64,000 bases of DNA, from the NCBI GenBank assembly GCA_009103225.1, contig RHPI01000638.1, forward strand, positions 903,012-967,011. The letters are read 5' to 3'. This document shows positions 1 to 12,803 of this stretch, piece by piece. This stretch comes from Chlorokybus atmophyticus. Taxonomy: Eukaryota; Plantae; Mesostigma and Chlorokybus algae. The notes beneath the pieces were generated by a model that was not told the DNA's origin, ran no database searches, and saw only the letters and a program-made list of their open reading frames with translations. Position 1 is the first letter of the stretch; every line of letters begins with the position of its first letter. The position numbers were made by a program, and so were the translations under genes.

Positions 1-409
1 CGCGTATCAACTCGTATAGCTTTCATTGCGCAAGGAATGGAATACTTATCATCATGTCGGCTCAAAACACATGATGCACCTTGTGTGCTTTTCTTCGTGT
101 GCACATGCTCAAATTCATGCTCTATTTTATCATCATTTGCACGTCACGCATAGGCTGATTCAAACATTGGCATATCAAGACACGGATGCTAGCTTGTTGA
201 TCAATCCACTTGATGTCCGTCTATCCCTCTGACCAACCAAGTACAGATACATTGTGTGTATGTGATTGTAAACTGTAGCGCCTCATTGCTCCTGCACTGT
301 GCATGCATATGCATGCTTCACTATGCTCGCGTGTGCTTGTATATTGTGTGCTTTGTGTTCATACTTGCATAAGCAGGACTTGGTCAGCTTATACATTGTG
401 TGCGTATAT

Positions 410-1265
410 GCATCAGCAGTACTTGGTTAGCCTATACATTGGGAATGACTCGTCTCCGCTTGTAGGCAAGAGCCACCTCACTCGGTATTGGAATGACACC
501 TTGTGTTTGAGTGTTAACACGCGTTCAACCAACGCAATGTCATGCCATGTGTACAAAGTATGTCGCGGGGATATGCTGCATGCATCACCCAACCCCACCA
601 CCCAACCCCACCGACTGCACCGAACCACCATGCCACGCGCCACCGCTACAAGCGTGCACTGCTGATGTCAGCAGTGCATGGTTGAGGGTTACAAAGGGCC
701 TCCGGAGACAGCAGAGGGGGGGCGAGGGTGATGCTGGCGAGAGGAGGGGAGTCCGTCTGCTGTTGCTGCCGCTTGCCTGGCGCTATTGATCAAGACTAAC
801 TGCCTAGCTGCTGGTTGTGCAGTTGATTGGCAGATGCTATGCATGCTTGCATGTCTAACGGGGTGATGGTTTTGGTAGCGTTGGTAGTGAAGCTAGGATA
901 GGTTAATCCGGTGGTAAAGTATTGAACAACAATGACTGCCTGCATGCTGTATGTTGCCTACACTGCATGTTCGCCGCATACATACGCCACTTTGTATGTA
1001 CAAGCGACGTGCGTGTACAGAAAATGCAAGGGATGCATGTGCTGGAGCAACTGCATGCTTTGCGGAAGGCTACAAGTAGTAGGTTGTATGTATTGGGTGC
1101 GTATTGTCTGTGGTAAGTACCGTATATTGTGCACTGCACGTTGTGTGTCGTAATTATCTGGGGTTGATCCGAGTAGGTGTGGTCACTGGAACGCTGTGGG
1201 ACTTGTTGGTACTGCTGGATAGAGCTTGCTGCTTGGTAGGATAGTTTCAACTCATGCACGCACAA
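410..1265 (-). CDS. Possible exons of an unidentified multi-exon gene running off the left edge
   Basis: An open minus-strand stretch at ~430-570 (ISPRHTLYTWHDIALVERVLTLKHKVSFQYRVRWLLPTSGDESFPMYRLTKY) follows a plausible CAG acceptor. Other plausible fragments lie near 690-790 and 1150-1260. No family recognised. Confidence 0.25.
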
Positions 1266-1365
1266 ACTTGTGTACTAGCTATGTAAACCATGCAATGCGG
1301 TGACTGTGCATGACCATCGTGTGGGCAACTAGACTGGCTGTGAGCGCTTCAGCTCCCAGTGCTTC

Positions 1366-1415
1366 AAACCATGAAACCTGAGAAGTTGTTAAACCATGAA
1401 ACCTGAGAAGTTGTT
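1366..1415. repeat. Perfect 25-bp tandem duplication (AAACCATGAAACCTGAGAAGTTGTT x2)
   Basis: 1366-1390 is identical to 1391-1415. Confidence 0.95.
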
Positions 1416-1463
1416 AACACTTGCCAAAGCAACTTGCATGACACCCACGAATGGTAATGACAT

Positions 1464-3739
1464 TTAATCAAGCGTTACACCAACGCCATGATCTGTTAAC
1501 AGCTGCGTCCTCTGCTTAGCATAATCGACTGGCTGCCGCACAACAATCCCTGATCCAATGTTCAATGACTGGCCCGGCACGTGCCGCATTCGCAAACTCC
1601 GCTCCCAATCCTTCTGGAACTTCTGGTACAAGTACAGGGCCGCGCGCGCGTCGTCAACCTGCAACCCAGTGGTTGGGGTATGTAAGCATCACCAAGCGTC
1701 ATGCACTCAGCTGCAGCATGATGTCAACCATGACTGCAGCTGCTTACAGGGTTGTGCTCCCCATCCTGAATGGTGATGCCTAACTGCTCCAGAGCCAAGT
1801 GCCGCAGCGCACGGGGTCGCCCACTTTTTCTGCGTAGCCAACGCGATGAGCATGATTGCACGGACTTCAAGATACAGAACTATTTAGAACTTAACTCCTG
1901 CACATACCCTCGCAATGGCTTGTACTTGGCTGTGTCTCGTATATCCTTTTTGGGGTGGCTAATCATCAACACCTGCAAGACAGCGGAACCTTTAAGCAAA
2001 CAGTTGAGGTCTCCAAAAGGGATTCATCATGTGTATCAAGCCAGAAGGAAGAGTGTCATCGTGTGAATTGCTACACACAGTATACTAAACACGGCATACG
2101 ACTTTTCAACCTACCTTGAGGTCGTTGGCCAAGGCATGACCAATCAATATCCGTCCTGTCAGGAGGTCTGCGACTTCCTTTTGAACTGCAAAAAAGTCCT
2201 TGGCTCCTGCAACGAGCAATGACAAAGCATGTCGGAGACGTACCCAGATACCAGATAAGACACACATTGTACCGCAGTGTTGCTGGGTGTGTTGGTCAAG
2301 CATGAAGTGCTGTTTGGTTAACTGAATTCGCGCTTTGCTGCCAGCGCAAAGGCAAGACGGCCTCTAAGCAGCACTCATGTATCAGGCAAACCAGGAATGC
2401 ATACCACTGAAACGGTTCAGGTGTTTCGCTTTGATGCCGCTAACAGCAGTGCGAAAGTCGGTCACAGACTCCAATGGCTTGACATGCTTGTCATAGAGCA
2501 CATTGCCATGAGCATTAACCTGCGATTGCGAGCAAACAAAGTCTTCAGCTGCAAGGCAGTGTTTGAAGCGACTCAACAACATGATAACAACATATGAGCG
2601 GTACTTGCCACGGCCACTCGAGCCAAGATGCTGCGCACGCCATCAACGCCGACACCAACCATCTCACAATCAATGGCCACCACTTTGGTCAAACTGCATA
2701 GAAAACAACATTGCAGTTGTACCAGTCAAGCGCAAGCGACACACAATGCAGGCGCAAGTTTATCAGTGTGACATGCATAGTTTGCAAAAGCACCTGTCAT
2801 CATCGCTTTTGCTAGTTGTTGCTGGGCCGGACCTTGCGGCGGCTGCGCAACAGGATGCAATGATCTTAGCTGATGTTGGGCATGGATGGTGGATGGTCGT
2901 GACTACCAACAACAGGTTTGCAACCGCAGACGGTGGGGGGAAACATGATGATCGCAATTACTGACCTTCACTGCCAAGCACGGCCTCCGTAATTGCTGCA
3001 CTGGGCTTCTTGTTGTTGCGATAAAGTCCTTGCTGCGCACTGCCTTTGTAAAGTTGCTGCATGTACCACAATGTTGACGCTGCTGGCATGCTGTGCTCAC
3101 AACACGCCTTTACAAAAACAGCACTGAGCATACTGCACGACTGGGTTGCAGTTATGTCATTGGTACACATGTGCCCGCATGCAATTCCTAGTGTGTGCGC
3201 GTATGCGCATGTGCCCGCATGTGTGTGGTTCAGGCACACGACTAATTAGTTGTGTAGATTCGCGAACCAGGAACCCATCACTGTGTGATTGAGTGACTGA
3301 CCTGGCGAAGCTGCAGCCAGTTACTGCTAACGCCGGCAGCAGCCGCAAGGTTCACTGCAGGAGCAATCTTCGCTGGGCTTGTCGTTGGTAGCTTTGTGTT
3401 CTTCGAACACACCCGCAAGTAAGACATCAGACCTCCGACAACTTCACACAATGCAGCTGGATCATGCACCAAGTCTAGGCATGCACAGATAGAGCTGGAG
3501 CTAGTCGACAGCAGCCCATATCGCACATTGTTCATGTCGCAAGCAATACTAGCTACAGAATACAGACTCATATATATATATATGCAATAGACAAGGTGTG
3601 AATGACCATTAAAAAACAGTGCAGTGACGATGGGTACCTTGCTTTGAGGCGCCTGAGGAGCAGCAGCAGCAGCAGCAGACGCCTTCTCCTGCCCCTCCTG
3701 CTGCTCCCTCCTTCTCTTCCGGCTCTTGGACGCCGTCAT
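1464..3739 (-). CDS. REX4: RNA exonuclease 4 (DEDDh 3'-5' exoribonuclease), about 8 exons
   Basis: Spliced peptides VVAIDCEMVGVG..SILARVAV|VNAHGNVLYDKHVKPLESVTDFRTAVSGI, GRILIGHALANDLK|VLMISHPKKDIRDTAKY, IQDGEHNP|VDDARAALYLY contain the ExoI-III motifs. ATG at 3739 gives a basic N-terminus (MTASKSRKRRRE). Confidence 0.93.
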
Positions 3740-4646
3740 ATAGGCCCAGTTCAACCAATGTCTCTAAACAACCACTTCCTCTACCTCCTCCTGCTCTTTC
3801 CCCGCCGCCGCCGCCGCCGCCGCCTGGTACGGCACTTTCAGGCTAGACCTACCATCCGCCGACAACGTCTAATGCCGACATATGTGGGCCGCGCGTGCCG
3901 GAGAATCGTCGGCGCAGTGTCAGATACGTCGACACGCGTCAGTCAACAAGCTGCTCTCTGGTCTAGACTGGTCTGGTTTGGTCCGGCTTGGCCTGGTGGG
4001 GTCGCAGCTGCGGCGCAGCAGGCGACGGCTGTGATAGCGGTTGTTGCTGTGTGGTAGCTGGCCTGGGTCCGCTTGCTGCGCCTGTCACTTGAGGGCTTCG
4101 GCGGTTCGTGTGAGAGAGCTGATGCTGCGGGCAGCAAAGTGAAGTTGAGTTCCTTCCGGTAAGTGCACAACGCGAATTGCTCTCGAAAGCAGTACTCCAG
4201 CTTAGCTTACTTCACACTTGTAAGCTGGAACGGTGTCAAAGCTGCTGCAGGTATGTGTATGAACTGAAAACCTGAACCAAGCTCTTGTGACATGCCACTC
4301 ATGCTTGCCTGCCGTGATGCACCAAACAGAAACAGTCTTGATGAGCTAAAACATCTGTAACATGGGCAAGAATGCTCCTTCCAGCCAGTTGACGTAAGTT
4401 TGCTGTAAGAACGCGCTCATGACTCAAGGAGGCAGCGGTTGTTGAGTTGCTGTGATGTTGCTGCTCTGTCACTCGCCGTATTGATGGCTATGTGTTCTGC
4501 ATCAAGCATCATGTGGTTTTCTCGATGCACAAGCGGCTGATAGGCGTGGCGGAAAGCACACTTTCTAGACTCGTTGACACTCACCACCATGGCTGATGTT
4601 GATAAAGTCCAGCTGACTTTGTCAATATCAGCCTGAGTTGCAGGAA

Positions 4647-5742
4647 ATGCAGGCCCAGGTGCAGGCATATGCTAGTGCTTTGGGGACATTTCCATGTACA
4701 CGCCATCTACAAAGCAGCAGCCCTGCCACCTTCAGCCTCCCAACCCAACGCACAAGGTACTGTCGAGTTGACTTAACGCAGCGTTGCTGTGTTGTAACAA
4801 ATTGGGGACTCATGTGTGCACCGCTGCTTGGGAAGCTGACAACCATGCTGCAGTTTAGTATACTTTATAACCTCAACAACTTTCTTGCCTGCTGTGGGAA
4901 GCTTATGGTGATTGTTTGTTGCATGCAACAGTCGCAAGCAGTACAGCAAGTACAGAAGAAGGCATGTTGTAGTCCAAAGCATGTTGCTGTCGCAGCGCCA
5001 GCGACAGCAGTATTCAAATGGTGCATCCTCAAGCTCATCAACACCCACGTTGGTGGGCAAACTAGTCCTGTCTTCTGCAGAGCTCAAGGCAAGATGCACT
5101 GGCCCAATCCCATTGCATGATCAGCAAAGCATCATCATGCATCTTTTGTTGACTTGCGTGTATGCTACGGCGTCCAGCTCCTTGCTGAGGAAACCATCAG
5201 GAGACACTTCCCGCACGCTGGCTTAGATGCAAAGATGTTACGAGCAGGTGTGACTATGGCCGTATACATCATGCACTTGTAACACATTGGTATTCGCCCA
5301 GGTGTTGTTGACTAATTGTGAGTTGCTATGTCAGTTGCAATTGTAGAGAGTGGCGCCCATGTGTTAGCGCATCGACGAGAGTCAAACGGGGAGGCCTCAG
5401 TGGGCCTCATGCAAACCCTTGTGTCAACTGCGAGCTGGCTTGCAAGGTATCATGTTCGCAGAGTGTTACACTGCAGCTCCTTTGCTTGATACATGTGTTG
5501 TGTCTTGCAGAGATATGGGTTACAGGGCATTTGGTATTCCCAAAGAGCAGGACTTGTATGACCCGTACGTGTCTATGTATTATGGTGCAGCCTTCTTACT
5601 GTGGCTGTCGACATACAACGGCAGTAAGCGCTCGCAGGAGTTCATCGTTCGCGGGTACAACGGCGGTCCAGGAGGTGTGCAACTTTCGCAAACGGCTCGA
5701 TATTGGAATAAGTATTTGAGTGTCTATCGGACACTGACTTGA
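4647..5742 (+). CDS. SLT-domain lytic transglycosylase-like protein with a putative plastid transit peptide, 5 exons
   Basis: Exons 4647-4756, 4932-5088, 5178-5247, 5335-5446 and 5511-5742 splice in frame. The product carries the SLT motifs AVAIVESG (catalytic Glu), GLMQ and RGYNGGPG. The C-terminus resembles the land-plant SLT family. The N-terminus is Ser/Thr/Arg-rich with no acidic residues. Confidence 0.85.
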
Positions 5743-6268
5743 GCAACGATTTAGCTCAATCTTACAAGATAGATGGCCTGCCAGGTTGACATGTGCATGC
5801 TGGTTGGTTGGGTGTTGCCAGCTTGCACATGCATCGCAAAAGTTTCTGAATGCTTACAGTACCAGCATGCCGTGCATCCACTTTATGACATGGCAAGCTT
5901 GCGTGCCCTATGCAAGTAGCACAGCTGAATCATGAACTGCCGCACCATGCAGATTTCCAGTGCATAGGCAAAGACTGTAGCAGTGCATACCGCCCTGAAG
6001 CTCAGAATATGCCGCACGAGTGGCTTTTCCCCGGTGCTGAGTCATGTCCGCATGTAATGACCATGCTACTGACTAGCATGCAATACGCATCGCTATACTT
6101 GCAGGCCTGTGCCAACATGGGCACGCAACAGGATTACCCAAGAACCTTCCTACATGATTACATTTACGTGTAGTGATATATAGCGTGCTAGTACAGTTGT
6201 TTGTTACCAATGCTTACTAGATGACATAGATTGCGAGCTAGGAATGACTAACCTATTTTATTCGGTTG

Positions 6269-7764
6269 TCAGTGAGGGGCCTCCCAGCGTCTGTCACCAC
6301 CCTTGTACGCCATCAAACTGCACTCGTGTAGATCTCTGCCAACAAGTGGTTTTAGTACAGGTCTTGCTTCTGGAATGCAAGTCCCATTGCACGCATGCAC
6401 AGAACGCTCTTACTGTCCAATCGTTTGCAAGTGTTGACCCCAACCGCGTGTGTACATGCCTATCACACCAATACAAACCACATTGATGTGTGTGACGCAA
6501 TCACCTGAAGCCGATCTCAGTGAAGAATCGCTTTGCTGATGGCGGCGAATACGCTGCAAAACTGGAAGGGCCTCTGCTTCTGACATGCTGCGGGAAGCAA
6601 CTGATTGTGAGTGCTTGGTTTGATACAAGATTAACACATAAATAAACTTTAGTGCAACACGTGCTTTGCTGCAGTTTGACTTACATCTATCAGACGCTTG
6701 ACTATGGCGCGCCCAATGCCGCGCCCTTGATACACAGGATGCACGGCAACATCGCACAGTGTGGCCTGTTAGTTGCCCATAGCAGTCAAACATCTGCTTC
6801 TGATAGGCCAGCGCAATGCAAAGCTACATGGCCACAGTCTCACCACAAAAGCTCCGTCCGAGATAGCCCTTGCACAACCCACTAGTTGCTGCTGCGTGAT
6901 GCCACTAGCTTGCCGTATAGGAGCATAAACCGCCACCACCTTATGGATGGCAAGAGTTCAGCCGCTTGTCCAACACTGTTGGGCTCGGCATGCACTGCAT
7001 GCGTGACCTTCGCTGTGCTCGTGCATGTACTTGTGCGTGGCTTATGCGTGTGCATGCATACGTGCCCGTGTGCATGTACGCTCTGTACACTGGTGCAAAT
7101 CGGCACGATGCAGCTGAGCTTAAGGGTACAAGTACATATCATGCAAAGTAGCGCACGCGACAACCGTCAACAAGTGACTCACCGCAAAGCTATGGCGCAA
7201 AGCAGTGGCTACTTTATGCGGATCGCGAGGCTCCCCAGTGGCTGCCATCCATAAGTCGTTGAGCTGCCAACAGCGAATGCATAAGCTGTAAAGCAGCATG
7301 GCAGTAGGTCATCACAGAAAAGCATACCTCAAAGACATTGACGACGCTTGCATCAAAACAGTAGATCAAGTCGGCAGCTTTTGGTAACCTGGTGGCCCAG
7401 GCTGGCCTCGCCACAACACTCGCAGCAGACTCAACCTGCCATAGTTGCAGTGACAGTCTGACACGAGTATTGTAATGTAGCAACATTGCAACTAGTAGCT
7501 TGTCAAGTAGCCGAAATGCTCTATTACAACAATACGCACGCTTACCTCAACTACTGAGGAGATGTCTCTTGCATAGCTGGAGCTGGCAATCTCAGTTGTT
7601 GCTGGCGTGGACACACACACTGCTGGATGCAACACTACTGGCTGCTGTCGTCTGGCATGTTGCCTTGAATGCTTCACGCTCAAGCGACAACCAGGGAAAC
7701 TCGGAACAGCTACAGCAGTGCTCAACACGCAACTTACACCAGGACCAGCAATGCAGCTGTCCAT
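6269..7764 (-). CDS. GNAT-family N-acetyltransferase, probably plastid-targeted
   Basis: Motif A ATLCDVAVHPVYQGRGIGRAIVKRLI at ~6690-6770. Further exons give LNDLWMAATGEPRDPHKVATALRHSFA|VVAVYA and AAYSPPSAKRFFTEIGFR|DLHECSLMAY. A transit-like N-terminus starts at ATG 7764. Confidence 0.8.
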
Positions 7765-9018
7765 AGCACACAGCCTAACACAAGACTAGCTGCTGCGAGT
7801 CACAGTGTGCTCTAGCATGTTAAACTATTGACTGGCGACGCAACGTTGCCAGGTGGAAGTCTCAAGCAGCCGCGTATCGACAGCCTTCTAGCAAACATGA
7901 ATGCAAGAGCTGCCCAGTTGCATGGCTTGAATGCCAAGTGCAATTAAGCATGTGTGCAAGCGCCTGCTTCGCCAGCTGCTCGCGAACAGCAGCGTCCTTA
8001 GAGCGTGTCCAGCTTCCCGGCCGGCTTTTGTTCAGAGAGGATGACAAGCACCAGCAGCGCCGCCACTAGGAGGATCAGACCCACGATGAGCAGCGTAGCC
8101 ATGACGGCGACGACGTCCTCTACCGCACCGACGACGACGACGGGGCCGCGGACATGACAGCTGTCATATCCACACTGCCAAGCATGCACACACGCAACAG
8201 GTACTCTTGGCCGGTCGCTGCAGGTCTCACACCCGCTTCGGCCAGGCAGTGGCAGCCTCAAACACAAGTCGCAGCACATGCACAAACCGGTGGTGTTTGG
8301 GTCGAAGGCCGGAAGTCTGAGCCAGGGGGATGCCACGTTGACGCTCGCACGAAACGCACAAGACAAGCAGTGCTGCTTGTGTCAAGTGCGGCAGGGCACA
8401 AGGCAGCTCACACGTCAGCGCAAGGCAGTGTAAGCTCAGCATGCCGTTGCGCTGACGTTGGCGGCAGTACAGTAGTAGCGTCAGCATCACTGGTGGTGGT
8501 GGTGGTGGTGTTGGCGTCAAGGGTGTGTTTGGCTACTACTTGATCGTAGCAGCTTGACAAGTGCGGACGAGGGGTTGTGCCTGTGTGTGCTGCTTGTTTG
8601 CCGGCGTATCTTGGGTCGAGGTGGAGCTTTGAGCTGCTTGGTAGTTGAGAGGTACGCTGAGATGCAGCGCAGCTCGGGTTATGCTTGATTATGCTTGATT
8701 GCAGTTGCAGTGCTTGAAGTGTGCGTTTTTTGCCAGTTGTTCTTGTTGTGGCCAGCAATGTTCTCATGAGACCGAGTCATTGCAAGTTTGAAATGCCAGA
8801 CAATGCATTTGACAGCAACTTGTGAGGACTGCAGGCACACGGTGCTGTCATGCATTGTGTTTCGGTCTGTCAATGCGCACGCTGCACTGATGTTCAATCA
8901 TGTTCTTGATTGTTTGGCTGGATATGGCTGAAGACACAAATGCACCTGACTGCATCAGGCTTCTTGACATCTGCTCGTGCATTGTGTGCACTGCGTTTTC
9001 AAACACAGCAAAGGTAGC

Positions 9019-12000
9019 ATGGCGGATGAGCTGCTTATCAAGCAACACGCATTCCTGGGGCGTCTGGGCTTAGAAGAAGAAAACAATGGAGTGTATGGTG
9101 GAGCGGAGATAGGCGGCAAATGGATGGGCTCAGGTGTATCTTCAACTTCATTGCTTCTTGTACCAAAGAATAACAGATGTGCAGTCCATACTTCAGCGAG
9201 TGTGCAGTGCATTCAAATGTAGCTACTTGCGTGTGCAGGTGATGTCATCACCACGTACTCGCCAGCCAACAACCAGGTACTGAACGACTGAGGGCAAGCA
9301 GCTGCTGAACGACTAAGGGCAAGCAGTGGCTTGATTCGCAGATTAGGCATGGTATGCACTGAGACACTCATTGGTGTTGCTGGTTGGCAGCCTATCGCAA
9401 GAGTTCGCGAGGCGTCCACATCAGACTACGAGCAGTGTTTGCAAGCATGCGAGGAGGCCAAAGTACAGTGGATGCTGGTAGGTGGCAGGCTGGCCAGGCT
9501 GCATGCTCATTATATACATTTGGATGTGCTTGCAATGCAACGCACTAGCCAATGCGCGATGCTGTTACAAATGACTTTGCATGTGTGCAGACCCCAGCGC
9601 CCAAGAGAGGAGAGATTGTCCGGCAGATCGGGGATGCCTTGCGCAGAAACTTGAATGATTTGGGCATGCTGATTGCACTCGAGTGTGGCAAAATTCTTGC
9701 AGAAGGCATCGGCGAAGTGCAGGTGATTGCATCAGTCCGACAAGACTGGCTGCAAGTTTCGTGTGCAGTGTAGTACTAGTGCTACTATTGCAGACAGAAG
9801 TAGTGCATGTACCCGCTGGCACTTAGGTTGCATGTAGCACGTCAAGTTGTCATCTGTTGAGAAGTCATCGCTAGGTGTTGTGATGAGCTCTCTGCTCATT
9901 GCACGCTCTCTGGCAGGAGTTCATCGACATGTGCGACTTTGCTGTGGGGTTGAGCAGGCAGCTGAACGGCCAAGTTCTACCCTCCGAGAGTAAGCTTGAA
10001 CTCATGAGACTTACAGTCAATGCAGCCACTGTCATGACACACGTGTCATGACAAACCTTACTGCCGCAGGACCCGGCCACTTCATGATGGAGGTGGGCTT
10101 GCAGTGGGAGCATCTTCTTGAGGCAATAGCCAGTCTGATTGACCTGGCACAGTGCAGGTTTGGAACCCGCTCGGTATCGTCGGGGTGATTTCAGCATTCA
10201 ACTTCCCCAACGCTGTACTAGGTAAGGCTTCATGCCGTTGCAGGCCCTTTGCCGAGTGCCAGCTGCACTGCTGTGTTTCTATTGCCAATGAGGCTGAGCA
10301 GGACAGGCTGATTGTACAGGAACTCTTTTGCATGTTGAGCTCATGGCTGCATGTGTTTGCAGGCTGGAACGCTTGCATCGCTCTCGTCTGCGGCAGCTGT
10401 GTTGTATGGTGCGTATGCAACCGTTATTCCACTACACATTCTTGGTCGTGTATTGTTACTGGCACTCACTTTGCTTGATTGATCTTCTTTCCGAGTCAGC
10501 TTTTGTGGTTGCGTGATAGAGCGCATGCCATGTGCCGTTGAAGTCATTCTGCATGGCTCTGCAGGAAAGGTGCACCGACAACATCACTGGTGTCCGTTGC
10601 CACGACGCGTATCATAGCATCGGTGTTGGCGGCCAACAAACTCCCCGGCGCCATCTTCACCAATGTGTGCGGTGGGGCTGAGATTGGGTCAAAGATGGCA
10701 GAGGATAAAAGGATCCACCTTCTATCATTCACTGGTAGCTCAAAGGTAACGAGTGCATGCTTCGTTAAATGCAGGGTGCTGGTTGCAGTCAACATGGCTT
10801 GCTGTTGACTTTTGGGTTGTGCGTGCTGTGCATCGTCACGTACACAATGCAATAATTGCTGCTGCAGTAGACTACCTTCAATATCTTCGCAGATTGGTAA
10901 GGAGGTGCAAGCGAAGGTGGATGCTAGGTTTGGGAAGTCGCTACTTGAGTTGAGTGGCAACAACGCCATTGTGGTGAGTACCTTCGTAAGTATTTCTGGC
11001 AGTACTGCTGGGAGTATGGCACACTCCTGTTCCTTCAACAGCACAAATATCTTGTCAAGTGCAGGTGATGGCGGATGCTGACTTGTCCCTTGCTATACGC
11101 GCGGTGCTCTTTGCGGCTGTTGGAACTGCCGGCCAGCGCTGCACCACGTGCAGGCGGCTCATAGTACAGGAGGCAGTTTATGACACTGTGGTTGGTCAGC
11201 TGATGAACGCTTACAAACAGGTGCAATCCAGACTGCCAGAAACTGGTGTCGATGGTGCCTGGTATAGCAGCTGTAAGGTATGCGGATGTGGGAGGTAACA
11301 TTGATTGCTTGCCAGGTGAAGATTGGTGACCCGCTGGAGGCTGGCACGCTGTGCGGCCCGCTGCATGCCCGCTATGCTGTGGATGCGTTCAAGAAGGGCA
11401 CTGAGGCCATCAAGAGCCAAGGCGGCAAGGTAAGCCAACTTGTCAAGCTCACAACTTGCCGTACAGTGTGCGCATGTGTTCTTTGATGAGAGGTGCATGG
11501 CGAGTGTTACTTACGAGTACACTCCGCAGATCCTGCATGGTGGTGATGTGCTGGACGGCCCTGGAAACTATGTGCAACCCACCCTGGTAGAGATCACGCA
11601 CGACAAGCCCATGGTCAAGTACGTGTCCGTCTGTGTTCGTCAGAGACCTCACATAGATGGCCGACTGTCTGAGTATATGCATTCAGGCAACTGTCCCACT
11701 CAAAGTCGCGTATGTATTGTGACAGTGTGGTGCATAGCAACAGAGTATTTGACGACTTAGTTTTGATGTTGACTGCAGGGAGGAGCTGTTTGCGCCAGTG
11801 CTGTATGTTATGAAGTTCAAGACACTGGATGAGGCCATTGCTTGGAATAATGAAGTCTCGCAGGTGAGCGCAGTCAACACTATGACACTTGCAGATGGTA
11901 CTTGATGGTCACAATTTGGCAGCGAACACATCAACTCAATGGCAGGGCCTGAGCAGCAGCATATTTACAAAAGATCCCGCGAACATCTTCAAGTGGGTTG

Positions 12001-12288
12001 GTCCAACCGGGTCTGACTGCGGGATTGTCAATGTTAATATCCCAACAAATGGTACAGACGGTGTAACCTACCACACTGCGGCGAGCACAAGATGCATGTG
12101 CAATGACTGCATGCTTGAATTGTTATGCAGGCGCGGAGATTGGCGGTGCTTTCGGTGGAGAGAAAGCCACTGGAGGGGGCAGGGAGGCCGGCAGCGACAG
12201 CTGGAAGCAGTACATGCGGCGCTCAACTTGCACAATCAACTACAGCGCTGCACTGCCCCTCGCACAAGGCATCTCGTTCGCGGTGTAG
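9019..12288 (+). CDS. ALDH7: Aldehyde dehydrogenase family 7 (antiquitin / aminoadipate semialdehyde dehydrogenase)
   Basis: [81 protein letters not shown] (catalytic Cys), [47 protein letters not shown]...QGISFAV*. Confidence 0.97.
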
Positions 12289-12803
12289 GCACGCGCACGT
12301 TGCACAAGGATGGCTTCAGAGTTGTCACTCTGCAGGGGTGTGTAATTGACAGCGCGCGCATAGCCTACGGGTCTTGTAGACATGGGTGTCTTGTGTTGTA
12401 CAAACAATGCGCCGCGTGGTTGCTGTATGCGAAGCCGGATGATGTTGATGCACCTTGGCAGGCTGCGCTTACACGCATGTAAAGCTGCAACAAGTGTGTA
12501 GAGCACATCGCGCTGACGATTACTTCAACAAGGAATGGTGATCACCCGCTATGCGGTATCTATAAGGCATACGATAGCTCCAACTATTGCTGGGTAATGT
12601 CTTGCCTGTATATCTAGCCAATTCAATCAAGCATATTCAACCTTGTACGCTAGCCAATGTACACCCCAGCTACTTCTATAGGTAGCCCACACTGTCAGTA
12701 CATGAAACAGCTGCTATTACTACCACTGCCATCATACAGTAACAATAACAATAACCCAATCTATGTACATAATCACATGCTAGTTGCAGCAAACAATTTC
12801 GTG

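Noticed and set aside
7998-8366. 122-aa minus-strand ORF with a hydrophobic C-terminal stretch
   Set aside because: It starts at a non-ATG codon, lies in a GC-rich trinucleotide-biased region between two divergent genes, and has no recognisable homology. It is likely UTR or promoter sequence.
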